A stretch of DNA of 64,000 nucleotides. Source: Sphyrna mokarran. Taxonomy: Eukaryota. A program made the position numbers and the translations under genes. Location: positions 1,612,001 through 1,676,000 of the forward strand of contig JAGIQG010000016.1 in the NCBI GenBank assembly GCA_024679065.1. The letters run 5' to 3'. A model generated the notes under the pieces. That model was not told the DNA's origin. It worked only from the letters and a program-made list of their open reading frames with translations, and did not search any database. Below are positions 25,793-37,104 of this stretch, in pieces; positions within the stretch are counted from its first letter, which is position 1, and each line of letters starts with the position of its first letter.

Positions 25793-26410
25793 CATCAACA
25801 TCCTGGGGGTTACCATCACTGAATCCCCCCCACTATCAACATCCTGGGGGTTACCATCACTGAATCCCCCCCCACTATCAACATCCTGGGGGTTACCATC
25901 ACTGAATCCCCCCCCCACTATCAACATCCTGGGGGTTACCATCACTGAATCCCCCCCCCAACATCCTGGGGGTTACTCATCCCCCCCCCCACATCCTGGG
26001 GGTTACCATCACTGAATACCCCCCACTATTGACATCCTGGGGGTTACCATCACTGAATCCTCCCACTATCAACATCCTGGGGGTTACCATCACTGAATCC
26101 CCCCCCCACTATCAACATCCTGGGGGTTACCATCACTGAATCCCCCCACTATCAACATCCTGGGGGTTACCATTGACCAGAAACTGAACTGGACCCAGCC
26201 GTATAAATACTGTGGTTCCAGAGCAGGTCAGAGGCTGGGAATCCTGTGGAGAGTAACTCACCTCCTGACTCCCCAAAGCCTGTCCACCATCTACAAGGAC
26301 ACAAGTCAGGAATGTGATGGAATACTCCCCACTCGCCGGGATGGGTGCGGTTCCAACAACACTCGAGAAGCTCGACACCATCCAGGACAAAGCGGCCCCG
26401 CTCGGTCACC
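25793..26410 (+). repeat. tandem repeat of about 41 bp (about 9 copies) running into its parent LINE RT fragment
   Basis: ATCAACATCCTGGGGGTTACCATCACTGAATCCCCCCACT repeats continue as INILGVTIDQKLNW..VMEYSP. Confidence 0.85.
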
Positions 26411-26799
26411 ACACATCCACAAGGTGACAGAGGTTTAGGGAAGGAAATTCCCGCTACTTCACTGGAGCATTAATCAGACAGAAAATAGACCTCCAGATCC
26501 CTGGGGATAGCAGGGAGAGGTGATCCCAAAATCTCCCAGAGATCTGTTCATAATCAGTTCCTGAAGGAGAAAGGAGAGAGAGAGAGAGACAGAACGTGTG
26601 TGTGTGAGTAAGAGAGAGAGNNNNNNNNNNNNNNNNNNNNNNNNNNNNNNNNNNNNNNNNNNNNNNNNNNNNNNNNNNNNNNNNNNNNNNNNNNNNNNNN
26701 NNNNNNNNNNNNNNNNNNNNNNNNNNNNNNNNNNNNNNNNNNNNNNNNNNNNNNNNNNNNNNNNNNNNNNNNNNNAAGAGAGATGTTTAATGTTTTAAT

Positions 26800-28380
26800 A
26801 GTTTTTTTCTAGTTTAGTTTAAAGAGGATGTGTTGGAAGTTTTGAATAGCATCAAGATAGGTAAGTGGCAGGGACCGAATGGGATGTACCCCAGGTTACT
26901 GTGGGAGGTGAGGGAAGTGATTGCAGAGCCCCGGCGATAATCTTTGCATCGTCGATGGAAACAGGAGAGGTTCCGGAGAGACTGGAGGATTGTGGATGTG
27001 GTTCCTATTTTCAAGAAAGGGAACAGGAATAGCCTGGGAAATGGCCTGTGAGTCTGACCTCAGTGGTTCGTAAGTTGATGGAGAGGATTCTAAGGGATAG
27101 GATTTATGAGCATTCAGAGAAGTTTAGTTTGATCAGAAATAGTCAATATGGCTTTGTCAAGGGCAGGTCGTGCCTTACGAGCCTAGTTGAGTTCTTCGAA
27201 AATGTGACTGAATACATTGACGAAGGAAGAGCGGTGGATGTGGTTTACATGGATTTCAGCAAGGCGTTTGATAAGGTCCCCCATGCAAGACTTCTTGAGA
27301 AGGTGAGAGGGCATGGGATCCAAGGGGCTTTGGCCTTGTGGATCCAGAACTGGCTTGCCGGCAGAAGGCAGAGAGTGGTTGTGGATGGGTCTTGTTCTGC
27401 ATGGAGGTCGGTAACCAGTGGAGTGCCCCAGGGATCTGTTCTGGGACCCCTGCTGTTTGTCATTTTCATAAATGACCTGGATGAGGAAGTGGAGGGATGG
27501 GTTAGTAAGTTTGCTGACGATACGAAGGTCGGTGGTGTTGTGGATGGTCTGGAGGGAAGTCAAAAGTTGCAGCAGGACATCGACAGGATGCAAGACTGGG
27601 CGGAGAAGTGGCAGATGGACTTCAATGCAGATAAATGTGTAGTGGTCCACTTTGGCAGGAATAATGGGATGAAGGAGTACAATATCACGGGCAGGACTCT
27701 TAGCAGTGTTGAGGAGCAGAAGGATCTCGGGGTCCGGGTCCAAAGGACTCTTAAATCAGCCTCGCAGGTGGAGGATGTGGTCAAGAAGGCGTACGGTGTA
27801 CTGGCCTTCATTCATAGAGGGATTGAGTTTAGGAGTCGGGAGGTAATGCTGCAACTTTATAAGACCCTTGTCAGACCCCACTTGGAGTACTGTGTACACT
27901 TCTGGACACCTCACTATAGGAAGGACGTGGAAGCTATTGAGAGGCTGCAGAGGAGATTTACAAGGATGTTGCTTGGATTGGGAGGCAAGCCTTAGGTTGA
28001 AGGAACTGAGTGATGAAGGATGAGGGGTGACCTAATAGAGGTTTATAAGATGTTGAGGAGAATAGATAGGGTGGATTCTCGGAGACTATTTCCCAGGGCT
28101 GAAATGGTTGCTATGAGAGGGCACAGATTTAAGGTGCTGGGGGGCAAATGCAGAGGAGATGTTCGGGGTACGTTTTTCACCCAGAGGGTGGTGAGTGAAT
28201 GGAATCGGCTGCTGTCAGTGGTGGTAGAGGTGAACTCGCTGGGGTCTTTTAAGAGACTTTTGGATGAGTATATGGGATTTAATGGGATTGAGGGTTATAG
28301 GTAAGCCTAGGAGGTAGGGATATCATCGGCACAACTTGTGGGCCGAAGGGCCTGCTTGTGCTGTAGTGTTCCATGTTCTA
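26800..28380 (+). mobile_element. CR1 LINE, RT domain and 3' tail
   Basis: 315-aa ORF 27048-27995 with [17 protein letters not shown] and FADD; flanked by (GA)n. Confidence 0.95.
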
Positions 28381-28449
28381 GAGAGAGAGAGAGGGAGATG
28401 GAATGAGTGAGAGGTCAAGAGATTAGGGAGGAAATTCTTATCTTAGCCC

Positions 28450-31060
28450 CACCCCCCCAAAGGAAGCTGAAGGCACGGCTGCCAATGGCAGAGCGATGGG
28501 AATTGGGGGATGCTTGAGAGGCCGGAATTGGAGGAACGTAGAGATCTCGGAGAGTTATAGAGATTGGAGGAGGTTACAGAGAAAGGGAGGGGGTGTAGGG
28601 GGCTGGAGAAGGTTACAGAGATAGGGAGGGGGTGTAGGGAGCTGGGAGGTTAACTGGAGGAGATTACAGAGATAGGGAGGGGGTGTAGGGGCTGGAGGGA
28701 CAGAGATAGGGAGGGGGTGTAGGGGGCTGTAGGAGGTTACAGAGATAGAGGGGGGGTAGGGGCTGGAGGTTAGAGATAGGGAGGGGGTGTAGGGCTGGAG
28801 GAGGTTACAGAGAAAGGGAGGGGTAGTGGAGGAGGTTACAGAGATAGGAGGGGTGTAGGGCTGGGAGGTTACAGAGATAGGAGGGAGTGTAGGGGGGGAG
28901 GAGGTTAGAGATAGGAGAGGGGGTTAGGAGGTTACAGAGATAGGGAGGGGTGTAGGGGCTGGAGGAGGTTACAGAGATAGGGAGGGGTGTAGGGGCTGGA
29001 GGAGGTTACAGAGATAGGGAGGGGTGTAGGGGTGAGGAGTGGGAGGTGTAGGGCTGGAGGAGGTTACAGAGATAGGGAGGGGTGTAGGGGCTGGAGGAGG
29101 TTACAGAGATAGGGAGGGGTGTAGGGGCTGTTACAGAGATAGGGAGCTGGAGGAGGTTACAGAGATAGGGAGGGTGTAGGGCTGGAGGAGTTACAGAGAT
29201 AGGGAGGGGGTGTAGGGGGCTGGAGGAGGTTACAGAGATAGGGGAGGGTGTAGGGGGCTGGAGGAGGTTACAGAGATAGGGAGGGGGTGTAGGGGCTGGA
29301 GGAGGTTACAGAGATAGGGAGGGGTGTAGGGGCTGGAGGAGGTTACAGAGATAGGGAGGGAGTGTAGGGGCTGGAGGAGGTTACAGAGATAGGGGGGTGT
29401 AGGGGCTGGAGGAGGTTACAGAGATAGGGAGGGGGTGTAGGGGGCGAGGAGGTTACAGAGATAGGAGGGGTGTAGGGGCTGGAGGAGGTTACAGAGATAG
29501 GGAGGGGGTGTAGGGGCTGGAGGAGGTTACAGAGATAGGGAGGGGGTGTAGGGACTGGAGGAGGTTACAGAGATAGGGAGGGGTGTAGGGGCTGGAGGAG
29601 GTTACAGAGATAGGGAGGGGGCTGGAGGAGGTTACAGAGAGGAGGGGGTGAGGGGCTGGAGGAGGTTACAGAGATAGGGAGGGGGTTGTAGGGGCTGGAG
29701 GAGGTTACAGAGATAGGGAGGGGGTGTAGGGGGCTGGAGGAGGTTACAGAGATAGGGAGGGGTGTAGGGGTGGAGGAGGTTACAGAGATAGGGAGGGGGT
29801 GTAGGGGCTGGAGGAGGTTACAGAGATAGGGAGGGGTGTAGGGGGCTGGAGGAGGTACAGAGATAGGGAGGGTAGGGGTGGAGGGTTACAGAGATAGGGA
29901 GGGGGTGTAGGGGCTGTAGGGGGGCTGGAGGAGTTACAGAGATAGGGAGGGTGGGTGTAGGGGCTGGAGGAGGTTACAGAGATAGGGAGGGGTGTAGGGG
30001 CTGGAGGAGGTTACAGAGATAGGGAGGGGGTGTAGGGGACTGGAGGAGGTTACAGAGATAGGGAGGGGGTGTAGGGGCTGGAGGTTGAGGCTGGAGGAGG
30101 TTACAGAGATAGGGAGGGGGTGTAGGGGGCTGGAGGGAGGGGAGGTTACAGAGATAGGAGGGTGTAGGCTGGAGGAGGTTACAGAGATAGGGAGGGGTGT
30201 AGGGGGCTGGAGGGGGTTACAGAGATAGGGAGGGGGTGTAGGGGGCTGGAGGAGGTTACAGAGATAGGGAGGGGTGTAGGGGCTGGAGGAGGTTACAGAG
30301 ATAGGGAGGGGGTGTAGGGGCTGGAGGAGGTTACAGAGATAGGGAGGGGGTGTAGGGGCTGGAGGAGGTTACAGAGATAGGGAGGGAGTGTAGGGGCTGG
30401 AGGAGGTTACAGAGATAGGGGGGGGTGTGGGGCTGGAGGAGGTTACAGAGATAGGGAGGGGTAGTGTAGGGAGCTGGAGGAGGTTACAGAGATAGGGAGG
30501 GAGTGTAGGGGCTGGAGGAGGTTACAGAGATAGGGAGGGGGTTGTAGGGGCTGGAGGAGGTTACAGAGATAGGAGGGAGTGTAGGGGCTGGAGGAGGTTA
30601 CAGGATAGGGAGGGGGTGTAGGGGCTGGAGGAGGTTACAGAGATAGGGAGGGGTGTAGGGGCTGGAGGAGGTTACAGAGATAGGGAGGGAGTGTAGGGGC
30701 TGGAGGAGGTTACAGAGATAGGAGGGAGTGTAGGGGCTGGAGGAGGTTACAGAGATAGGAGGGGGTGTAGGGGCTGGAGGAGGTTACAGAGATAGGGAGG
30801 AGTGTAGGGGCTGGAGGAGGTTACAGAGATAGGGAGGGAGTGTAGGGGCTGGAGGAGGTTACAGGAGATAGGGGAGGGGGTTGTAGGGAGTGGAGGAGGT
30901 GAGATAGGGGAGGGGGGTAGGGTATGGAGGAGGTTACAGAGATAAGGAGGGGAGTGTAGGGACTGGAGGAGGTTACAGAGATAGGGAGGGAGTGTAGGGG
31001 CTGGAGGAGGTTACAGGGATAGAGAGGGGGTGTAGGGGCTGGAGGAGGTTACAGAGATAG
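28450..31060 (-). repeat. 38-bp satellite (about 65 copies) grown from an L2 LINE 3' fragment
   Basis: Unit GGGGCTGGAGGAGGTTACAGAGATAGGGAGGGGGTGTA; its antisense reads PPYLCNLLQP. An L2 remnant is adjacent at 28450-28560. Confidence 0.92.
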
Positions 31061-31215
31061 GGATGGTAAGTGAGGGGCCAGTGTGAATTATTAGGGAGGT
31101 CAGTTGGGCAATGGTTTGGGTGGGTTTGTTACGGTCAGTTGGGCAATGGTTTGGTGGGTTTGTTACGGTCAGTTGGGCAGTGGTTTGGGTGGGTTTGTTA
31201 CAGTCAGTTGGGCAA

Positions 31216-33403
31216 TAGAACATAGAACATAGAACATTACAGCACAGAACAGGCCCTTCGGCCTTCGATGTTGTGACGACCAATATAAAAAGCAATGCCC
31301 CTCCAAACTAAACCATTCCCTTCTCTTCCATATACTTATCAACTAACCTCTTAAACGCCACCAAACTTGGCGCATCTACAACTGCTGCAGGCAGGGCATT
31401 CCACTCCCGAACCACCCTTTGGGTAAAGAACCTACCTCTGATATCCGTCCTATAACTATCACCCCTTAATTTAAAGCTGTGTCCCCTCGTGCTAGCTTTC
31501 TCCATCCTAGGAAAAAGGCTATCACTGTCCACCCTATCTAAACCTCTAATCATCTTATATGCTTCAATAAGATCCCCTCTTAGCCGCCTCCTTTCTAACG
31601 AAAAACAACCTCAAATCCTTCAACCTCTCTTCATAGGACCTGCCCTCCATACCAGGCAACATCCTGGTAAACCTCCTCTGTACCCTCTCCAATGCCTCCA
31701 CATCTTTCTTATAATGTGGGGACCAGAACTGCACACAATACTCCAAGTGCGGCCGCACTAGAGTTTTGTACAGTTGCAACATGACGTTGCGGCTCCGAAA
31801 TTCAATCCCTCTACCAATAAAAGCTAAGACTCCATATGCCTTCTTAACAACCTTCTCGACTTGACTGCCTACTTTCAGGGATCTATGCACATACACACCA
31901 AGATCCCTCTGTTCATCAAGACTACTAAGAATCCTACCATTGGCCCTATACTCTACACATTTATTATTTCTGCCATAGTGCATTACCTCACACTTTTCCA
32001 CATTAAACTCCATATGCCACCTCTCGGCCCAGCTCTGCAACTTGTCCAAGTCCCTCTGCAAACTATAACACCCCTCTTCACTATCTACCACTCCACCGAC
32101 TTTAGTGTCATCTGCAAATTTACTAATCCATCCTTCAATACCCTCATCCAGATCATTTATAAAAATTACAAACAGCAGGGGCCCCAAAACAGACCCTGAG
32201 GTACACCACTTGTCACCGAACTCCACGATGAATATCTCCCATCAACCACCACCCTCTGTCTTCTATCTGCTAGCCAATTCCTAACCCAATTAGCTAAATC
32301 ACCCTCTATCCCATACATCTGCATTTTCTGCAGAAGTCTTCCATGGGCCACATTATCAAACGCCTTACTAAAGTCCATATATACCACATCAACCGCCTTA
32401 CCCCCATCCACCTCTTTAGTCACTTTTTCAAAAAACTCAATGAGGTTAGTAAGCACGACCTACCCTTCACAAAACCATGCTGACTATCCCCAATCAATTC
32501 ATTTCTCTCTAAATAACTATAAATCCTATCCCTAATTATTCTCTCCAATACTTTGCCCACAACAGAAGTAAGACTCACTGGCCTATAATTCCCTGGAAGG
32601 TCTCTCTTCCCCTTCTTGAACAACGGGACCACATTCGCTATCCTCCAGTCCTCCGGAACCACACCCGTAACCAACGACGACCTGAAGATCAGAGCCAGAG
32701 GCTCTGCAATCTCCTCTCTTGCCTCCCAGAGAATCCTAGGGTAAATCCCGTCCGGCCCAGGGGACTTACCCAACTTCAAACCCTCGAGAATATCTAGCAC
32801 ATCCTCCCTATCTACTTCGATACTTTCCAGTTTGCTACCCTGTACCTCAGTGTTCTCCATAACTACATTTACATCACCCTGCGTGAATACCGAAGAGAAA
32901 TATTTATTCAGTGCCTCTCCAATCTCTTCAGGCTCCACGCACAACTTCCCACTGCTGTCTATGACTGGCCCTAATCTTGTCCTAACCAATCTTCTATTCT
33001 TAACATATCTAAAGAAAGCTTTAGGATTCTCCTTAATCCTATCAGCCAAAGTCTTCTCGTGTCCCCTCTTAGCTCTCCTCAATTCACTCTTTAGCTCCCT
33101 CCTGGCTAATCTATAGCTATCCATTGCACTAACCGAGCCTTCAAGCCTCATCCTGACATAAGCCTTCTTTTTCCTTTTAACCAGCGAATCAACTTTTTTC
33201 GTACACCAAGGTTCCCTTACTCGACCATTTCCTCCTTGCCTGACAGGGACATAATTATCAAGGACTCGCAGCAGCTGCTCCTTGAATAAGCTCCACATTC
33301 CAGACGTTCCCAGTCCCTGTAGTTTCCTAGTCCAATCTATGCACCCTAATTCTCTCCTGATGGCCTCATAATTACCCTTCCCCCAGCTATAACTACTGCC
33401 CCC
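31216..33403 (-). mobile_element. young CR1 LINE, 2.2 kb, 5'-truncated
   Basis: ORFs 32420-33523, 32166-32456, 31564-32226 and 31308-31553. It is inserted into a tandem repeat of about 35 bp (31095-31215, resuming 33407-33441). Confidence 0.95.
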
Positions 33404-33531
33404 AAAGGTTTGGGTGGGTTTGTTACGGTCAGTTGGGCAATGCGCCCGTTCTGAATCGGTTGAGGAAATGGGTTCAAGTATTTGTGCTCCCTCTACCCCG
33501 TGTGTGAGAATCCCAGCTCCCATTCACTTAC

Positions 33532-33810
33532 ACTCGATGTTGATCTGCCAGAGAGAAGAATTGCTGGCACCTTGTGTATTCTCTGCTCTGCAGTAATAAC
33601 CCACGTCGTTCTGGTCCCGTGTGACTGTCCCCAGGGGTAGGGACTTTCCGCTTGTCACAAACTCTGTCTCGTTGTCCACACCGACACGGAACCAGCTGTA
33701 GTCGGTAGCCGGTGGGTTACTCCGACAGAAACAGCTCAGCGTAACGTTGTCTCCCTCTCTGACCCCATGTCGCGATCCGCTCACCCTCACTGCCGTCTCC
33801 TTGGGAGAAT
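33532..33810 (-). CDS. Siglec-like gene A, Ig C2 domain 3 exon
   Basis: 279 nt, phase 1-1. Encodes YSPKETAVRVSG..VREGDNVTLSCFCRSNPPATDYSWF..DVGYYCRAENTQGASNS. Confidence 0.92.
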
Positions 33811-34474
33811 CTGCAAGGAACAGACTTTGTTCACTCAGTATCACACACCTCCCCTCCCAAACCAGGATTGTGTACAGTGCTCCGAGTGTGGGTCTAACCG
33901 AGGGATATAGAGACAGGAACTGTGCACGGTGCTCCGAGTGTGGGTCTAACCGAGGGATATGGAGACTGGAACTGTGCACACTGCTCCGAGTGTAGGGGTA
34001 AACCCTGGATTCCCTTCCTAAACTTCTGTGTATCTCTGTTCCCCCCCTCCCTCTGTCCATCCCACTCTGTCCATCCCACTCTGTCCCTCCTGTCTGTTCG
34101 ATGTAGATGGAGGAGTAAGGGGTATGGAGAGAAGGTGAGGGATTGAGGGAATTGGGAGAGGGTGGGACACTGAGGGAGATGGGGAGTGGGTGGTGGAGTG
34201 AGGGAGATGGGAGAGAGTAGTGGATTGAGGGAGACAGGAAGAGGGTGGTGGATTAAGGGAGACAGGGAGAAGGTGGAGGAGTGAGGGAGACGGGGAGATA
34301 GTGGGTGGATGTGGGATTGAGGGAGGTGGAGATTCTGATGGAGGTTGCAGTGTATGAACCAATGAAAGGAGATATTTCTGGATATTATATTGATTCTGGA
34401 ATGTTCGTCTATGCTACGAGCCTAAGATGGGGTTATTATGTAGCTGACATTAAACCAGGGGGATTCCCTTACAC

Positions 34475-34836
34475 ACTATCTCCAAATGCAAATTTCCCCA
34501 TTCCATATCTCCAATTGCAAATTTCCCTACACCATATCTCCAGATGCAAATTTCCCCATTCCATATCTCCAAATGCAAATTTCCCTACACCATATCTCCA
34601 ATTGCAAATTTCCCATACCATATCTCCCGATGCAAATTTCCCATACCATATCTCCAGGTGCAAATTTCCCATACCATATCTCCCGATGCAAATTTCCCAT
34701 ACCATATCTCCAGGTGCAAATTTCCCATACCATATCTCCAGATGCAAATTTCCCCATACACTATCTCTAAATGCAATTTCCCCGTACCATATCTCCAAAT
34801 GCAAATTTCCCTATACCATATCTCCAGATGCAAATC
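34475..34836 (+). repeat. 27-29-bp minisatellite carrying octamer motifs
   Basis: About 13 copies of CCATATCTCCAGATGCAAATTTCCCATA. Confidence 0.92.
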
Positions 34837-34843
34837 TCCTTAC

Positions 34844-35143
34844 ACTGTATCTTCAATTCCAAATCTCTGTGCGATGAGGAGTGACGCAATTTGACTTTAC
34901 ACTGGATGTGTTTGCCGTGATGCTGGAACCTGGGAATGAAGGTTAGTTCACTGGTAAACACCAAGATCGCGTTCCGTCTCTCCAGCTTGGTTGATGAGTT
35001 CCAAGCGTTTAAATGTTTAATGTGATGCCAGCTCAGTGTAGCTTGCGTTCCCGTGCAGTTAGTAAGGAAAGTGCAGGTCACAGTCACCTCCCTGCCTTCC
35101 ACCATATCCTCTGCATGAAAGATTCTCGGCTTCTCTGTCAAAC
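34844..35143 (-). CDS. Siglec-like gene A, Ig domain 2 exon
   Basis: 300 nt, phase 1-1. Encodes LTEKPRIFHAEDMVEGREVTVTCTFLTNCTGTQATLSW..TSELTFIPRFQHHGKHIQCKV; the extra Cys (CxxxxxC) fits the Siglec D1-D2 disulfide. Confidence 0.92.
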
Positions 35144-35353
35144 CTGGTTGGAGAGAAAATCCTTCATTAGGGCCTGCTCCAGGTTTATCCCAGGGATCCG
35201 TGTTCAGGATCTGTACTGGACCCACCCTCGCCCACTCAGCAGCAAATGAGAGGGGCCTGTCGCACACCCCCTGCCAGTGAATGTGTTCAAACACGGCTCT
35301 GTCGCACATTAACATAGAAACCAGAGCAGGAGTAGGTCATTCAGCCCTTCAAA

Positions 35354-35391
<38 letters not shown>

Positions 35392-36150
35392 GCTCCCTCC
35401 CACACCTCCGTTCCCTCGTCTGCCTGCACTCCCAGGCCCTCAATCCCTCGTCCCTTCACTCACACTCCCGTCCACCCTCCCCCACGTTCCTGCACTCCCT
35501 CCTTCCTCCACACTCCCGCCTCTGATCTCCTCTACCACACCCCTCCAACGTTCCTGACCCCCCTACGCTCCTGAACCCCCCCATGTTCCCGGACCCCACG
35601 TGCTCCTGAACCCCCCAACCTCCTGTGCCCCCCACATACTCCTGGCCCATTCCCAGTTCCCGCTCCTGCCTTCCCCTTCCGTCATGCTCCTGCCCCCCTC
35701 ATCCCCCATGCTCCCAGCCCCCCTGCAAACTCCACACCTCCACCCTCCCTTTCCCCCACACTCCTGCCCCCCTCCCCCAAGCTCCAGCCCCCCCCTCGAC
35801 CTTGCTCCAGCCCCCGTTTGCCTACTGAGTTATTTGCTATCCCTGTGCGCTTGTGTCAGTGACCTGTCCAATGCGGATTGGCCAAATTGAGCTCTGCCGA
35901 GCGCGGGCCTGCCGAGCGCAGACTCGCATGAAATCGGAGCCCAAAACGTTCTCGGCCCAATGGCGGTTGCGAAGGGGTGACGTGTGGATCTGCCAATCAC
36001 CCCTGCCCCCCTCCCTGGAAACATGGACAACCTCAAGTCCGAATGTTCAATGAGGATCCCACCAGCCAGGATTTGGGGAGGCTCCCCGTACGTGGGTGCA
36101 CGGGGACCTGGATTGGGACAGAAGGTGTTTCCGTGAAAATGATAACTAAC

Positions 36151-36498
36151 CTGCCACCTGTAAACGCACACGCTGACTGCCCATCAAAGATCCACCCAGC
36201 TCAATTCGGAACTCGTAGGAGGTGCTGCGGTGCCAACCCACATCTTCAATGGACAAGGAACAGTCCTGCTTCTCCAGCTGGCCGGACTGTCGGAATCTCT
36301 TCCTCGGCGACTGGGGCTTGTTGCCGTGGTGAAGAATTGGCTTCCAAGCTGAGCTCTGAAGTTGGAACCACGTTCCCACGTATTGGGTCGGCATCACAGA
36401 GCTGGGGATCCAGTAGTGACAGGGAATGACCACACATAACCCTCTCTGAGCTGTGACATTCCTGGGAAGATCTATAACCCAATCTGCCTTGTGTGATC
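36151..36498 (-). CDS. Siglec-like gene A, V-set sialic-acid-binding-type domain exon
   Basis: (CT)n-CAG acceptor, GTTAGT donor, 348 nt, phase 1-1. Encodes SHKADWVIDLPRNVTAQRGLCVVIPCHY..GTWF..GQLEKQDCSLSIEDVGWHRSTSYEFRIELG..VRLQVA. It has the Siglec Cys pattern (GLCxxxPC, DCSL, no F-strand Cys) and the YxFR arginine. Confidence 0.92.
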
Positions 36499-36619
36499 CT
36501 GAGGAGAGAGAGAGAGAGAGAGAGACAGAACGACAGCGTTAGCTGGAAACAGAACTGTAGTGGGTGTTCCAAATCCATCTAATAACCCACCATCTCCCCA
36601 TATCCCTCAATCCAACTTG

Positions 36620-37090
36620 TTCATAGAGCCACACAGGTTTACAGCACGGAAACAGGCCCTTCAGCCCAACTTGACCATGCTGCTCTTTCTTTTTAAACCC
36701 CAAAGCTAATCCCAATTGCCCATGTTTGACCCACATCCATCTTACCCATGTAACTGTCTAAATGTTTTTTAAAAGATAAAATTATACCCGTCTCTACTAC
36801 TGCCTCTGGCAGCTCATTCCAGACACTCCCCACCCTCTGTGTGAAAAAAATTCCCCCTCTGGACACTTTTGTATCTCTCCCCTCTCACCTTAAACCGATA
36901 CCCTCTAGTTTTAGACTCCCCCCTACCTTTGGGGAAAAGATATTGACTATCTCGCTGATCTGTGCCCCTCATTATTTTATAGATCTCTATAAGATCACCC
37001 TTCAGCCTCCTACGCTCCAGAGAAAAAAGTCCCAGTCTATCCAGCCTCTCCTTATAACTCAATCCATCAAGTCCCAGTAACATCCAAGTA
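36620..37090 (-). mobile_element. CR1 3' fragment
   Basis: Encodes [24 protein letters not shown]; same subfamily as 4845-5570 and 11301-11708. Confidence 0.9.
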
Positions 37091-37104
37091 AACCATCAAC
37101 CCTT

